This document shows, piece after piece, positions 39,020-53,900 of a DNA stretch of 64,000 nt. The DNA comes from Bigelowiella natans CCMP2755 (Eukaryota > Protista > Cercozoa), in the NCBI GenBank assembly GCA_000320545.1, contig ADNK01003007.1:1-64000 (forward strand), written 5' to 3'. The notes beneath the pieces are model-generated. The model did not search any database and was not told the origin of the DNA. It worked only from the letters and a program-made list of their open reading frames with translations. The position numbers and the translations under genes are program-made. The number at the start of each line of letters is the position of its first letter. Positions within the stretch are counted from its first letter, which is position 1.

Positions 39020-39829
39020 CTCGTGCATCTCTTTATCGTCGCTCTCCTCCCCTTCTTCCTCCTCACCCCCCCGCTCCTCCTCCTCCTTTCAATGCCTTCA
39101 ATCATCATCTACCACATCAGGTGTTCAAAGCTGGCGGATGTGCCACGCGAGCTGCTGGCCATGTGCGGGTACCGGCCGGCGTTCGCGTCTTGCTTTCCAT
39201 TTGAAACTACTGTTTTGTTATAATGGCGCGCTGATACACTCCTCTCGCTATCTGCCTTGAGAGCCGATAAATGCTGCAGATCTGAAGTGCCAACGCTGTC
39301 ATTAGCCTGACTCTATTTAAAAATTGATTTATTCTCTCTTACCCTCTTCCCCTCCTCGCCGACAATTGACAATTGAAGGTTCCCAGGCCCTCCCATTCGT
39401 GCGGAGCATAGAAAACAAGGTGGTGGATGCTGATTTCTATACTAGTATTATATTTACCCACGCGTACACGCCTGTCCTCTAAGCAATGTCGTCCTTCCAG
39501 GAAATGCGGCAAAACGACTGATTCGAGCGGCGCTACCGAGCAGCACGGCATCAGCGGTTACACCAAAAAGAAGAAGCAGAGGCGCCCATTCCCTCCAAAC
39601 CCGCCTAGACACTGACAAGACGAACGAAGGAGGGCCTCACCCCATCGGAAACAGAAGCCGGCGCGATGAACGCCATCAATACGATGCCAACAGACGTGGA
39701 GGAGACAAGAGCAGCAATAAAGGAACCAGCCAAGGTGAAGAGGCAGGTAGAAGAAAAACCATCAAAATTAGACCTGGCTTCGGCGCATACCGACCGCGAG
39801 GAGCGACCCGTGGTACTCACCCGCCCTGA
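36737..39829 (+). CDS. R3H-domain protein, R3HCC1/GIDRP88-like, with a C-terminal RRM-like region
   Basis: R3H motif LLFPAMNNWMRLIVHKTASR|FHLESKSIG...RRVAV, preceded by FVLLLEEELSHFV. C-terminal motifs SHIMLLE, FLVVFSSARDA and NAAKRLIRAALP resemble the R3HCC1 C-terminus. Stop at 39827-39829; the start codon is tentative. Confidence 0.75.
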
Positions 39830-40589
39830 TACAAAGGAATCGTGCATTGCAGCAATGCGATGCACGTTGTAGAAGTTCCTTGCTTACATTGCGCAAACAG
39901 CACGTCTCACTACGTGCATGCGGGTCTGTCCGTCCGGTCGTGTGTTTACAAGGCAACATGCGATCGACATTTGCGAAGGACAAGCTAGCAAGAAGATGCA
40001 CTGAAACATTTCAATAGCGAGCGCATGCACAATTCAATAATTGGCCGGCTCTGATTGACACGATCGGACGCGCGTCCATTATTCTTGGAGTTTATGTTGC
40101 TGCGCAGCATTGTCGGCATCATTAGTCTCGCTTACTGGTTGACACGCACAAATATTTAGAAGTTTATGACAATAGGCGAGTGCAGACGTGCACCCGCCAT
40201 GCTAGCATCAAATGTTTACATAAGATGGAGCCACACGCACAAAGAAGTTTAAAACGCACATGAATTCCGATTAATCCGCGTGTGCACGTAAAAGGTGAAT
40301 GACTAGTGTGTTGTCTAGCTGAGTCCGATTGATGACCCGTTTTGATCTTAGTGCAGCTAGGCAGTTTATGTAAAGCTGCTGATCATGCAAGTATCGTAAT
40401 CATTAGTACATGCATTGTTACCTGCTACACAGAACAGCTCTAGCTATCGCATCATGTACTTGTGTGTCCTCGTAGCGAATACACGAAGCGAATACACGAA
40501 GTGAACAATGTCTTTCGTTTCGGATGCACTTGGATTGTCCTAGTACACTTGCATGCAAAAACCTCTTCCGCACAACGTCAAATCAATAT

Positions 40590-41714
40590 GAGACTCATTC
40601 TTTTTGTCGTTGACGACAGTCTTCTACGGCTAAGCAGGGCTGGTAATAATAAGCACAGGTGAAAGGACAGCACAATGGCATTTACGCTGGCTGCGGCGAG
40701 TTGTATGGCCGCTTATCTTGAACTGGAGCTTTCATCGGCCAATACCTAGCATAGTATCCATGAGAAAACCTCAATAACCGCTTTTCATTAGTAAATCCAA
40801 ACTTGCAACGCCGAAGCCGCCGAATCAGGAGACACCGAAAAAGGGAAAAAAACTAACTCTACCCTTATCTCTCAAGGCGGGAGGCAAGAGGAATACGTGC
40901 ATGGCAACGCCGTTTTATTAGTGGGACAGTTTTTCCAACGTAAAAAGTGAGAATTGCCCTTCTTTTAAAAACATTAACAAACGATGTTCTGGATGCTGTG
41001 GTAACGGCTGTGTTTACCTAGGAGCGCCGTCCTCTCCATCCTCCTCCTCGCTATCGTCATCATCGACAAGTTCAGCTACGCCGTACATTTTCTGGAGGGA
41101 GGGAGGGAGGGAGAGAGAGAGAGAGAGAGAAAGAGGTGGAACGGAGAGAGAAGACACGCAAGAGCAGGGAGGGGCAAAGTAAAAATAAGAACCCGTGGTA
41201 GAGATAACTATATTATTCTTATCAGCTTCAGATTCATTTCAAATCCTAGGCTTTATATCTCGCCAGCGGCGCCACCATCGTTGTTATTTGCTTTTAAGCG
41301 GTTTGTCTACCCTCCTAGCCCCACCCCGAAAAATGGTATGGCTTTCTGCACCGAAATGCTCGAGTATCAAATGGGGGTGGGAAATTCAAAGTATGCGCTT
41401 TCACCTGTTCCAGCAGCATGCGTGAGCTCCTAGTAGCTTCCTAATGAGAACGACGGTGATGATGACGACGAAGATAATGATTATCACGATAATGATGGTA
41501 ACAGAAATAATGAAGGCACGCGGATAACAAAACCATCAGCAGCGACAAACAGAGCGAAGATTACAAGATAACGAATCACTAATCTCCGCAAAGAAATAGC
41601 GATGAGCGGTAGCACCAGCCTGCTAGGTTTTCCCTCTCACACACAGCCCCTCGCTAGATAGAGCTACTGTGCATCTCCACGCCTTATACTAGTACCAGCT
41701 CACTTACACTGTCT

Positions 41715-41751
<37 letters not shown>

Positions 41752-42085
41752 AAAACGCACACATACATACACACATACACATACACACACGCACGCATAC
41801 GCTCTTTCCCTTTTGTGGGCGAAAAAGATATCCTAATGCACACCTTGGCGTGATGGATGCAGGACTTCAAATCAGCTACTAAAACCGGGTTGGAAAGAGA
41901 GACCGGCGATGGCTCCGCCTCCTCCTGCACCTGTGCGTCTCCGCCCCCCTGCTTTCGGTCATCGTTCTCTCCATTCTTAGAGCCGACGGCCCCACCCTCC
42001 TTTCGGGAAGTATCCTTCTTTGCGGTGCTGATTTTGTCCGCACTGCCAGACTGTTTAGTCCCCTGCCGTGTAAAACGGAAATCAA

Positions 42086-42118
<33 letters not shown>

Positions 42119-43912
42119 AAACGATGATGGTGAGAGGCCGACCCTTATCATGACTATTCGGTACTGTTCAAAGGAAGGAAAAACATAATAGAGACGGCGA
42201 GGGAGGGGCGGGCGAGAGCACCAGTCGGTTTTTATAGCGTACGAAGGCCTCGATGAACTTGTTGCGTGAGACCGAGCCATCGCCGTCAACCTCCACATCT
42301 ATGCAGGGTATATAACAGCATACGTTCATTTCGCTACACCGCTGGGGCGGGTATATATCCATGCTTGTTCCAAAGACGTCATCGTCATTGCTATCTCCCT
42401 CCTCCTCCTCCTCCTCCACCACCTCCTCCTCCCTTTTCTCTTCAATCTCCATTCAATCCAAAACATCAGGAAATTCGAAAAATTGGGCAAATCGAGAGTA
42501 TCAGCCCTGCAGATTGGGACGATGTGGCGGGATGGTAAAACCCCTCAATATACGGTATATAGTACATAATGCCATAATGTTCTGCCCCCCCCCCCCCTCC
42601 CCATCCTGCTCCTCTGTACAAAGCCTCTACCTTCAAAGACGAAATGGGCTTCGTTGTGCAGTTTGGCCTGCAAAGGTGGCCAAAATTAGCACTTTTGATA
42701 GCAGTGGCATACGTCATTTGCAAAGCTCATTTAAACACTACTACGACTGACTTTCAGATATCATTTGGATGATGGCTACATATTGTGATGATTGACGATC
42801 TTTGCAGATCGAGGCTCTTTATATCTGTCTATTTCCACGAATTTATCATTTGGTCATTTAACTTGCTGCCCCCCCCCGCACCCATTCCCACCTTTGCCTC
42901 CTTGGCGTCGATGTGTCCATTTCCGTCAAGGTCCAAGCATTCGAAAAAATCTCCCACCTGAGTTGACGTTGGAGCTTTGAGCGAATGCGTTTAAGGAGTG
43001 GTGAAACTTTGCAGTGACAGAAATGATGACGATGGTGATGATAATCATGATGATAATGATGATGATAATGATGATGATGATGATAACGACGACGAGGATG
43101 ATAATCACAATAGAGAGGATTTACGAGAACACTGATAACACGGCAGCGACATGCCAAATTGCTCGGTAGCGATACGGCGTAGTACCAGCAGATGCTCCTC
43201 CTTGGACAACTGCGCCACGCTGGAGGCAAGAATAACGAGAATCAGATGAGCACTAGGGACGAAGAATAGAGGAAGGGGAGGGTGGAAAAGGACCGCTGGG
43301 AGATGAAAGATAACAGAATTTCTAGAGAGAATTCAGTTGCCGGTCTTATCAAACATAAGCGAGTTGTGTACAGCTTGTGTTCTTCCTATTGATGGTGTAT
43401 TTCTAACCCTGTGGTGTTGAAGGTGATATCCAAGTCTCCTTCAATCTTCAGATATTCCTTTTTATAGTGAAGAGTACGCGAGTCACAAACGACGCTGGGA
43501 TAAATGTGAGGGAGGGGGGAACAGCAGGAGAACGAAAATGCTTTCTGCATCTCCCCATGCATTTTGTAATAAATCTTCGTGTCGACTCTTTCTTCTATTC
43601 TCTCCGTTGACAATCCATTTAATGCCCCGTGCCTTCTGCCCTTTCTTCATCTCTCGTACTAGAGCTACACTCTATCTTAGAAAAACTTCCTATTTCTCAT
43701 CATCATCATTATCATTACCATCACCACCATCACCACCATTATCACAACTGAAGCTATAGCTTTTGTCGCAATTCGCATTTTTTGTTACTTTGAGCAGATA
43801 CTCTAGATGAGCTTCCTCCCCTGCATGTACCCGACGTCCGTTAACATGAGAGATTACCCACCCTTCTCGAACGCCTCTGTATTAATCAGCTACATTTTAT
43901 GTCTGTGCGTGG

Positions 43913-43947
<35 letters not shown>

Positions 43948-44105
43948 TGTGTGTGTTTGAGTGTTGGGGCGGAGTCTCTAAGGCGCATTGGACGCCGGAA
44001 AGATTTAATTTACACACTTTGCAAGAGCCTGGCTATTAGGAGCAACACCAGTAACTTCGTTGTGAGAGGAAAATCTGTTGTATATTTACAATCGGAAGAT
44101 TATAA

Positions 44106-44136
<31 letters not shown>

Positions 44137-45166
44137 TATACACACATATAATACATACAGATAGGGCATATATTTTTCAATATTGAATACTCTCGCCCTG
44201 TCACATCTTCGTGCATAGGATCACCTAAATCCAAGTTTTCCTGGTTGAAAGCGTATTGATTTCACAGCTTCAGTTGACGAATCGTTTGCAGAGGAAGCAA
44301 GGCTAGCATCCTTGAGATCCCGCTTCATCGTCCGTATCCACTTTCTTCTCCTCACAAATGTCTTACGCATTAACGAGGGGTACCTTCCAGAGGGAACGTT
44401 GTGTTCGTGGAAAACTTGTTAGTTGCCGCTAAGCGGTTTTTGCGGAAGAGATTCGAGTTGATTATATAAGAAATTCGTAAACAATAATGAAGAACCATGT
44501 CCAGCCGAAATCAACTGCGTATATCCACCCGAGCACATCCGTTTTATCTCCAGCAGAGATCCTCCATCCTCCGTCCCATTTCCAGCCCTTCGAGGGAGGG
44601 GGGCGGGGAGGACAAGGAGCGGCAAATATCAAACAAACGGGGTGAACCTTATCGCATCCGGTAACAAACAAATTCTCAGCACCTGCGGCAGCTTGAAGCT
44701 CTCTTTCGGGAGCTCCTCCGTCCCATCTGCATCGCTCCAAGTTGGCCTTTGAAAAACGCATTTCAATCGTCAAACATAGCGCTCTCCTCAGCCCGCTCGC
44801 CTTGACGAAACGATTCAACCTGTCTGTCGGAAGCAAATTGCGGGACCATGAGCGTAGATAGTAGCGCTGATTTTCGTACGTGGACACGTCCCTCGCGACC
44901 AGGTCGCGAAATGGGTCTTTGTTTCCCTCAGTCTGGCTAATTTTGTTGTTCCCTGGGGGCCTGGGCGGGGCAATGCACGGGGAAGGCGGCTCCTTTGAAT
45001 CTGCTCGCTTTTCTGCTGCATTATTTTCAGGAACTGTTTGCGTGACAACAGCATTAGAAGGTGAGTTATCAATAGGCCCCTCCTTAGTCTCTTTGTTATC
45101 GATAGAGAGCAGAAGGAGGGCAGGTTGCCACAGCAGCTTGGCGAACGCTGCCGAAGAGTCCGCCAT
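40590..45166 (-). CDS. Protein with a DysF (Pex24/ferlin) domain, a PDZ-like domain and EF-hand motifs
   Basis: DysF: VSTYENQRYYLRSWSRNLLPTDR...GWKWDGGWRI...GWIYAVDFGW...FVRRRKWIRTMKR. PDZ-like: IRFQPGKLGFR|FSSHNEVTGVAPNSQA...HVNGRRV. EF-hand loops DLDGNGHIDAK (about 42.9 kb) and EVDGDGSVSRNKF (about 42.3 kb). Both termini are approximate. Confidence 0.75.
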
Positions 45167-45753
45167 GATCCCCCACCAACCTGTGCCCGGTGGGGATTTC
45201 TATCTTGTGCTCTGATTCAGATGTATTTAGGATAAATTATTTTCTAAATTAAATCCATCGATGTTCAAAGTGTGTAAAATTCATCAGAAATTATATATAA
45301 TATTGCGAAATTTTCGCCTTAATAATTTTTCTAAATATGGCCTCCTCTCCTTCAGATTTCTGGGTTCGCCTGACTCCATGGCACCAGCCAATCCTTTGCA
45401 TGAAATCTTCGATTTCCTTAGGAAGATACCCATCGCACATATAAGGAAATATAATTTAGGTATTTTTGGGACTTTTGATTTCACTGTAAGTTTGCTGATA
45501 ACTAGGGTTTCTCTGTGAAGATTCCGCCTTGATGAGAATGGTAAAATAATACGGAAAATATCGAATATAATTGACCTTTTTTAGGATTCATAAGTTCTCC
45601 ACAGCAGCTATCCCTCTCCCGCCCCCCCTGCGCACCTGAGGCCGGTATGCCTCGCACAGGGCTAGCATCTCTCAGCCATCTGGCGTGTCAACGCAAGCGA
45701 TCTCCTTCTCGCAGCGCCTGCAAGTTCATCTTGTGGAGAATGGATGCTCGATA

Positions 45754-48700
45754 ATGCCGGGCAGGACTATCGCTTTAGTCTTGGCCATGTGCTGTGTGCT
45801 GTTGCTAATCAGAGATTTTCACTCCAAAGAGAGCAATGGCCGCAGCTGGAACGGACCAGACTGTTTGGGAGGTTCACTGAACAATGGCGTCGGTGGCAAG
45901 AACGCGTCGCTTGCCACCCTCTTCGGGTCTATAGAATCGAAAATTCGAAACTTTAAGCAATCGCAAAAGGAGCCGTCCCAGTCATCTGCACTTGATCGTA
46001 CATACGAGGACCCCCGTCTTAGGTACGGCGAGTATATATACATATGTTTCCAGAATATATCAACCATGACCTAGCCATACAAACATCCCACCCCCTCACC
46101 TCCCTCTACTTTGCCTTCCTCGTAATAAAGTGAAATGAGCACCAAGGAGAGGGCACTTATGAAGATCCGGAAGAAGCGGGCTAAGAAACGCGAGGCTTCA
46201 AAGCGAAACCATGATAAGCAGAAAAGCAAACTCGAAAAATATGTACTTTTTGTCTTCATTTCTCGGATGGTTCGGTGTTTGACATTCTCCCTTACAGTTT
46301 CTATCAAATGCTACCTCTCGGAATTCTCTGCTCCCCCCCCCAACCTCTGCACCGACTCCACCCCCCACGAGCCAGACTGCAGCTAAGATAATCAAGTAGC
46401 GTTAACATGATTGCAAGGCGGCGGCGCGAATAGCATGTATAAGAAACGATTGCGCGGCGAGTTTTATGCTCGATATAGAGCCGGCAGCAGCCAACGAACT
46501 TGCGGTGAAATTAATTCATTTCCCAATTCTATTTGAACGGTTGATTCCTACAGAGATATTGAAGACCAGGTCGACTATGAGCGACGATTCGAGAAGCCGT
46601 ACGTGAGCTAAGCCTCCCCTGTGTATCATCTGTGTGAATAACCCACCCCCCGAGAATGTGGTTTCTGCGCGCGTCGCATGCTATATATCCAGCGATTTAA
46701 CAGCCCTATTCTTATTGTGTCACCATTTGAAACTTGATTTCGTGTGAATGCTCTCTTTGTGCTCTCACGGCTCTGTTATCGACTTAAAGCTTGAAAGAAG
46801 ATCTACGGTTTTATCGTGGGGACTTCTCCGAGTACGGCGACGACGATGAAGCTATGGAGGTTTGGAACACCCTCTCGCGCAGGTGTGCTGAAGAGAGTGT
46901 AACTTATTTACCAAGCTGCAATTTTTCTATATTCAACTCTTCGTCGTTGTCTTTACTTCTTCAACAATCCCTCCCTCTCGTGTGCATGTTAAGTCTGAAT
47001 CACGAAGAACCAGGAAGGCCCACCTTTGCCCCCACCTCCTCTCTTCTTGATGGGATTCGAAGACAGGGGTAGCTCAACATAGGAATACATACATAGGAAG
47101 AGGAGTAGAGGGGGGGGATGAAGGAGGGGAGAAATGAATGATTGCAGGACAGAACGCTGAAGATATTCCATTCTTTCACGAAAAACGTATCATTTACCAT
47201 CTTTGGCGGCTATTTTATTAACCGTGCACATGGTGTGTAGGCGTGTACATGTACGTGCATGCGTGTTTACATGCTCTGGGGGGTGTGTTTTAATTTGGTT
47301 TTCCGGGGTGGGGCAGGTACCCGGTGAAGGAACGCTGGACAGTTTCGTCAAATTCGGTGATTCTTGATTATCCCGATCCGCAACACACACACACACACAC
47401 ACACACACATACCGACACATCATGAACATCAACACTCAGGAGAGAACACGATCTCTGAAAGCTGAAACTCCTCATCTTGCTCTTCCATGTTATCCCCCTT
47501 TCCCCCTTTAAACGGGACTTCTAGGACGATACCGATGGATCCAGCAAATCAGAGGACTATCAACGCAACACGGAAGACTGGGAAAATGTAGTGTATATTT
47601 TGCCATTATTAAAAGCTGATATACCTGCGCTTCACCAGCTAACGGCTGCATTTAGATAGTATTCTTTAGCTCAAACTAGTTCTCGGTGTTGCTGTACTTT
47701 ACTCGGCTATGATAGGCGTCATCAACCACGACGGACGCTTTCTTCCCTTTCAAACGGTCGTTCGAACGTGGAATAAGGGGGAGGGGAACGGGGGGGCCGA
47801 TGGAAAGAGAAGATTCACTTCATTGCGCGGAAAATGAAGGCTGCATGCTGTGCTATTTGTGTTTATAGTAACGCCATGTCTACCACCTTTCGAAACAGAT
47901 ACATCAAGTACTCTTACCTTGGCCACAAAGAGAAGAAAACATATGAGGAGAAGTTTCCTGGGAAAAAGATGCCTCCGCCTTACACGACCAAGGAGGAGGA
48001 GCGCGAGTTCTGCGAGCTGAAGGTGCCTTCCTACCGTAGTCTTAATACCAGCACCCATAGCAGGGTGAAATCGATGAGAATGGAAAATGCAGCAGTGTGC
48101 TTTTGTTATATGTTTAGATGGGAGAGTTGCAGGAGTTCCTAAAGCGCCTTCTTGTCTACCAAGACAATCTTCTTCTCGGTATCATCGCCAGGAGTACTTC
48201 GTATATTTTCGGCATTGCAATGTCCACCCTCGCCGTTGGTGTCGCCGCTGTCTATTTATAGAAAACACTCTGTGCAATATGAATGGAGGGCCATGTGCGC
48301 GGCGTGGTGACTGAAGATCATGCCATGTGCGATGAAGCGTGTTTAGTAGCGGAAGATCGAAAAATCAGAAAGGATTTCTACTCAGCTTTCCTTCCTCTCT
48401 CTTATTCCTCCCACTGTCGCCATGCATCGTTGCACAGAGCACCCAGATTCCACCTGGAACGACCCAACAAGATTGCTGGTATTTTCTCCTCCTCAATTCC
48501 GTCAAGACACCAAGAATATTTCACCAGAATCTCGCATTGTTATATCAGTACCATTTTCTCTTCTCCGCCCTCCTTCGCCTCACTCTCTTCCTTCTTTCCA
48601 ATAAAGAGCGAGCGAAAGGCGGCCGCACAGGTGATATCCGCCGTTCGAGACGAGATAACGTAAGTGAGCAATTCAACTAAAAAAGAATTGGTGAAAGTCG

Positions 48701-50066
48701 CATCAGGCTGATGATCCACCAAACAAAAAAACCTTTTTTCCTCCATTTGCTCGCAACGGCTGGGAACGTTTTCCAAATATTCACGTCGACAACTCCGCAC
48801 CCAAGGCTCGTCGCGATGCGCTGTATTATCGATCTCTTTAGCCTTTAGTTTACGTATGACCCCCAAATACTTATATTTTTCTGTGCGCTGATGGTGAGCT
48901 GGAGCAGACCAGGATATGCACTGAAACACGTTGGTTGCTGTGTGTATATATTGCTCGAATTTCCAGGATGGCAGAGCGCCAGTCGCGAAATTTGGAGAAC
49001 TTCTTCAAATTGCGGAACTTAACTGAAAAGCAAGGGGCTCTGAAGCCAGCATCACTTTCCGCTACCGCGTGCAAGGTACAGCGAAATTATATGAAAGTCT
49101 TTTTGGATCTTGAGCGTATTTGCATTCGTTGTCGTCTGATTCGAACCTATGGCTAAGGGGGAAGATTCTCTCTTCAGTAAGTACAGCGATCTCATGGTGG
49201 AGGTAGGTTATCGATGCTACACCTTTTGCACTACCCTGCATGCTTCATATTCTAGCGGCACGCTTACTCGCAATATCTCCAGATCGACGAGGACCTAGAG
49301 AAGGACTTCCAATCCGGAAAGTGAGTCGTCATTAGAGGATATTATACTGTGCAAAAAGATTGCCTGGCTTTATCTTTATCATTCCCTTCCCATTGCATTA
49401 TATATGGGGAAAAACGAATTTCGAAGACAGAGAAGCTTCGAGATCGAGAAACATTGTGCTATTAAAAGCTCGATGAAGTTTGTTTTTTATGCCGTGTTGC
49501 GGGCCAACATCGCCTCCCCCCCCCCTCAACCCTCCCCGCCAAATCTCCCATAAAGGTTATACAAAGTAGGAATGTATTTCCTGCAAATAGTAAATCGAGC
49601 CGATGTTCTTGTTTGCCCTGGTGCTTATTGTCATAACATATGTATTCCACATCAGCTCTGAAAGAAAACTAGAGATCATCCTCATGTTATTGGATAAAGT
49701 GTCGAAAAACTTACAGAAGGCCTCCCCTGTGCAACGGTAAGAAAGAACTATCGGCTACAAGGGGGGGGGGGGGGGGGGGGGGGGAAAGGGGGGGGAAAAA
49801 AGCGCCTACAACGAACACTTCTATTTGCCTACAACAAATTAGCGGTTTTCGAATTGTTGCGCTGGTACTAGAGAGGATTACCCTTGATATTTTGCGTGGT
49901 TTTTGTGTTTTTATATGTATGTGTATGTGATGGGCTTGTTATCCAATGCGGCGCGCAGAAGCGGAATCGCGGAAGCTTGTGGTCTATCTGTAGGCGATTT
50001 GAGTTTAATTGGTGGTACAGGCTCGATCTTCCAGGTGCATTAATAATGAGATATGTGGACTTGTAA
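45754..50066 (+). CDS. Uncharacterised multi-exon protein with an N-terminal signal peptide or membrane anchor
   Basis: MPGRTIALVLAMCCVLLLIRDF followed by charged exons bounded by GT-AG (MKIRKKRAKKREASKR, DLRFYRGDFSEYGDDDEAMEVWNTLSRR, HKEKKTYEEKFPGKKMPPPYTTKEEEREFCELK, MAERQSRNLENFFKLRNLTEKQG, IDEDLEKDFQSG). No domain recognised; the 3' end is uncertain. Confidence 0.55.
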
Positions 50067-50177
50067 TAAATATTAGACTCTGCGTATAATTATTTTACCT
50101 AAAGTCGGCCTACAGCGTATTTGGTCGATTCCACAAAACAGCTGCCGCCTATCTTTAATTTTGTTTTGCTTTGTCTC

Positions 50178-50230
<53 letters not shown>

Positions 50231-50910
50231 CCCGGTTACAAAATATTTGCTTAGATCAATGGACAAGTAGTTGACGAAAAGCTTAGCGGAATTTGGTATT
50301 GATACTTTAATACAACATCCTTATTCTGTCATATAACGCTCCCCTCCCCCCCCACAGGTTCGATTGTGGCGCAGCGATGATGAAGTACATCCTACCGCTA
50401 ACCTCTTGTTTCCTTCTATAAAACGACGTTTCAGATCGCTGTTATCTAATCACCGCCTCATTCCATCTACTTCTCCGTTATTTAGTCACGAAAACCGGAC
50501 GTTTGATGCGGTGATGGTTCGCAGTAGGAGGGCCAAAGCGGCAGGGGTAACACCTTAACTCGCATAATATCAGAGAGAAGGAGGAAGAATTCTGGTTAAA
50601 CCGTCGGTGTATCTTCCTTTGAAGCCCCTCAGTTTCCGCACGGAGTCGATATTCTGTCATGTTGGTTGGATCTTGCTTGCTCTGTTGTGCAGCAGCTGTC
50701 GAGCGAGAGCCTTCCTTTGTCGCCGCATGTAAATTGATATGATTTCGTGTTTATTGCCCCATTCGTCTCAGATGCCGAGAGTGCTGAATGACGTTGCGGA
50801 ATGGTACACCAGCGTGTTAGTCCTGTCACCTTGCGACGCACCAGGGGAGATGATTTGCTGCTATTCTGTATTCTCTTAGCTTCGTCCGACGAAAGGCCCA
50901 AAACGCCAGT

Positions 50911-53900
50911 ATGACAGCGAGCGATGAGTCTGAGAACGCGAACGACCGATCGGACCCTTTGAACGAAGTGAAGGAAGTTTGCAAGAGGATGCAACTTCGG
51001 AACGATAAGGCTCATGGAGGACTTGCGGGGAACAACACAACAAACGATATCGAGGGAAATGACGAGGACAACGGTCATTCACGCTCGTGTTTAGTGTACT
51101 AAATACTTCGGCTCTGACACTTGGCATTGTGGACAGAGAACGACGTTGAGCTGGAGGCGGCGATTCAGCGCCATGGTGCTTTCGACGTGTTCAGACGTGA
51201 AAAGGTCAAAAAGTTCGGTTTGGACGAGAGCGACGAGGTTCGGCTGTGCCTGGTTTTATAGTAGTTTCGAAAACTTAAATGCTTCTCTGTCTCTCTCCCC
51301 CCCCCTCCCCCCTTCCTTCCCTCTAATGCGATTCCACATAAATCCTTTCATGTATATCTATGTTCTTAATACAGATCATGTATGCGGAAGAGGAAAGGAA
51401 GGTGGCGAGGCTCAGGAGGCAAAAGAGAGCTGTCGATGGGGACTTAGGCTTCGAGAAAGACCCGGAGGGAAATGAAATCTTCTCCGCGAACGTTGGAAAG
51501 CGTGAGTACAAACGGCAGTAAACACCACCGCCCTCCTTTTCATTAATATTCTCAAGCCCGATTCGTTCTCTTTTCCCCTCTCAGAACTGTGGACGAAGAG
51601 GCCAGATGACACGGATATGTCAAACATCTGCGACAATGAAATCAACGAGTAGTGAGAGAGCGCCCCATCCTTGTTTCCATCCTGTTTTTGCAATTATTCT
51701 CCCCTTTGGTTGAGAAGTCGTCGTTGTGGTGACATTTGCTGAGGGTATGTACAATGGTCTGCTGTTTGCGGAGTGCGTGTAGTCGGTAAAATGGATAACT
51801 TCCTAGGATAATGAACGTTGGAGGTGACGAGGCTTCAAAGATGTCTACATTCGAGCTATCTAAAGACATGCTTCCTAAGACAAGGCGATTGGTATTATTC
51901 AGTGGCACCGTTAGATTTGTGATGCAGGAGAACTCTCTTCTTACGCGTGAAATCTCTCTTTGAAATGGTGTTCTATTTTCCCAATAGATAAACGCTTTCA
52001 GAACTATGCGTGCCTGCGATTTCTGCAACAAGGTAGGAGTCGTCATTTCAAGCATGCAAAAGCCTTCACTCGCTGTTGGCTTTGCTAACTCGAATGCTTT
52101 GCACCGATATCGGTAGGCTGCCGCTCGACGATATTGCTTTGACTGCGTAGCCTCAAAATACCATTGCCTTCAGTGCGACAAGGACATCCATCAAGGATAC
52201 GGTCGTTTAAACCCTCCATAATACATTCCCTGATCGAGCACATTTAGATTTCCTTCATTCTGTTTGCTGAATCTAATCTCGCTCACCCTACCATCCCCGC
52301 CCCCTTCTTCCTCTCGTGCTCGTACAGACCTCGATGTGATCATGGAAGGTGGAGATGTACTGAGTTTGGATGAAAATAATCCATCTTCTGGAAAGGGTGA
52401 GGGTGTACAGTAAACCACGCATTTGTGTATAGCCTCACCTTCTCAATCAAACTATATATACGTTTCTATATACAGTCATACATTCTTGTTGAAATATATA
52501 GTTTTTGGAAAAGCTTCTAATTCTACACGTAGATTAATGCTCAATAAGTGCATTTGTGTGATATTTTAATGCTTTGTGAATATGCACAAGGTCAAACGAA
52601 TAGTTTCGGTCAGCTAGATGGAGGAGCATCGACGCATAAGCGCCAAGACTATTTTCAGGTAGGACACGGTTGTGAATATGCAAAAGTACAAAATTATGAC
52701 GTAACTGAGCAGAACGACATATCGAAACCCGGTCATTTTAGAAAATATTCATTTTCACTGTAACGTCGCCGGAATGAATGACCCCAAAAAAATTCAAACA
52801 GCAACAGCTCTTGCATTTGTCCGTCTGTACCGTCTCTGACTTCATCGCCGCGTTTCGATCCTCCCCCTTGTCCTCTCCGCGCCATTCCAGTTTTTCAAGC
52901 AAAAATTAATCTCGCGTATCATCGCCATAATCAATCGCAACAGGTGCCATTCCAGATGTCAACGATGGACAGCATCTCGAAACTGCCAACAGGGAAATGG
53001 TTCGTGTAGCATGCGCACTCGCTCATTACCCGCAGGGATCAGTGGAAACTTTGACTTACATCCTTCTCGGTCTCCCTCATGTGGTGGTGGTGGTGATGGT
53101 GAAAAGGTACGATTTATCCGAATGTCTATTGGATGCTGACAAGGGAACATACTACGTCAAAATTGCCCAGACCCCCGAAGCAGACAAAATCGGTAATGTT
53201 ACTCGATATTTTCCTTCCCATTTTCTCCCCCACCCGCGACAAGAATCGCTACTACTTCCTTCACACAAGAGCATCTTGAGCGTTCGCCTCAGCACTGAAT
53301 TTCCTTCTCTGCAGGACTTGGCGGAAAGAGCACCCGTCACGTGAAAGCAGTGTTTATCCGAGTCAAACGTGTAGAGGCATGGAGTGTCTCCGACGTGTTT
53401 GCATGGGCGACTCGGGTGGGCATTGGAAGGAGAGCAAAGGGCCATATACGGAAGAAAGGCGTCAATGGCACTGAGCTCCTCCTCCTCACAGAGAACAAAA
53501 TCATCAGTCAACTGTTGGTAAATGACAGAGTCGAGAGGAAGAAACTTATCGACGCGATAACCAAGCTCAAGTCAGATATGGGCGTCCTTGAAAGGGACAG
53601 GTTCAGATTCGCGCGAGAGGGTACGGAGGCCAACACCGCAACTTCCGCCGATAGAGGCAATGCTCGATTTGCCATTGATGCCGCTCGAGAGTCGGTGGAA
53701 TTGGAGGTTGCGAGGAGGATGCGAAACCGTTCCTGGGGCGCTGTGGAACATCGTCGCAGGCTAAAGTCGATAATCTATTGTTGACGCTATAATGTATCAA
53801 TGATGTATGGTGATGCTTAGTTTCCCTTCTCGCCTTTTTAACGGACGCCGTGATCTTGATTATTTCCTTCTATCCCGTTGGTCGCTCACGGCTACTCACT

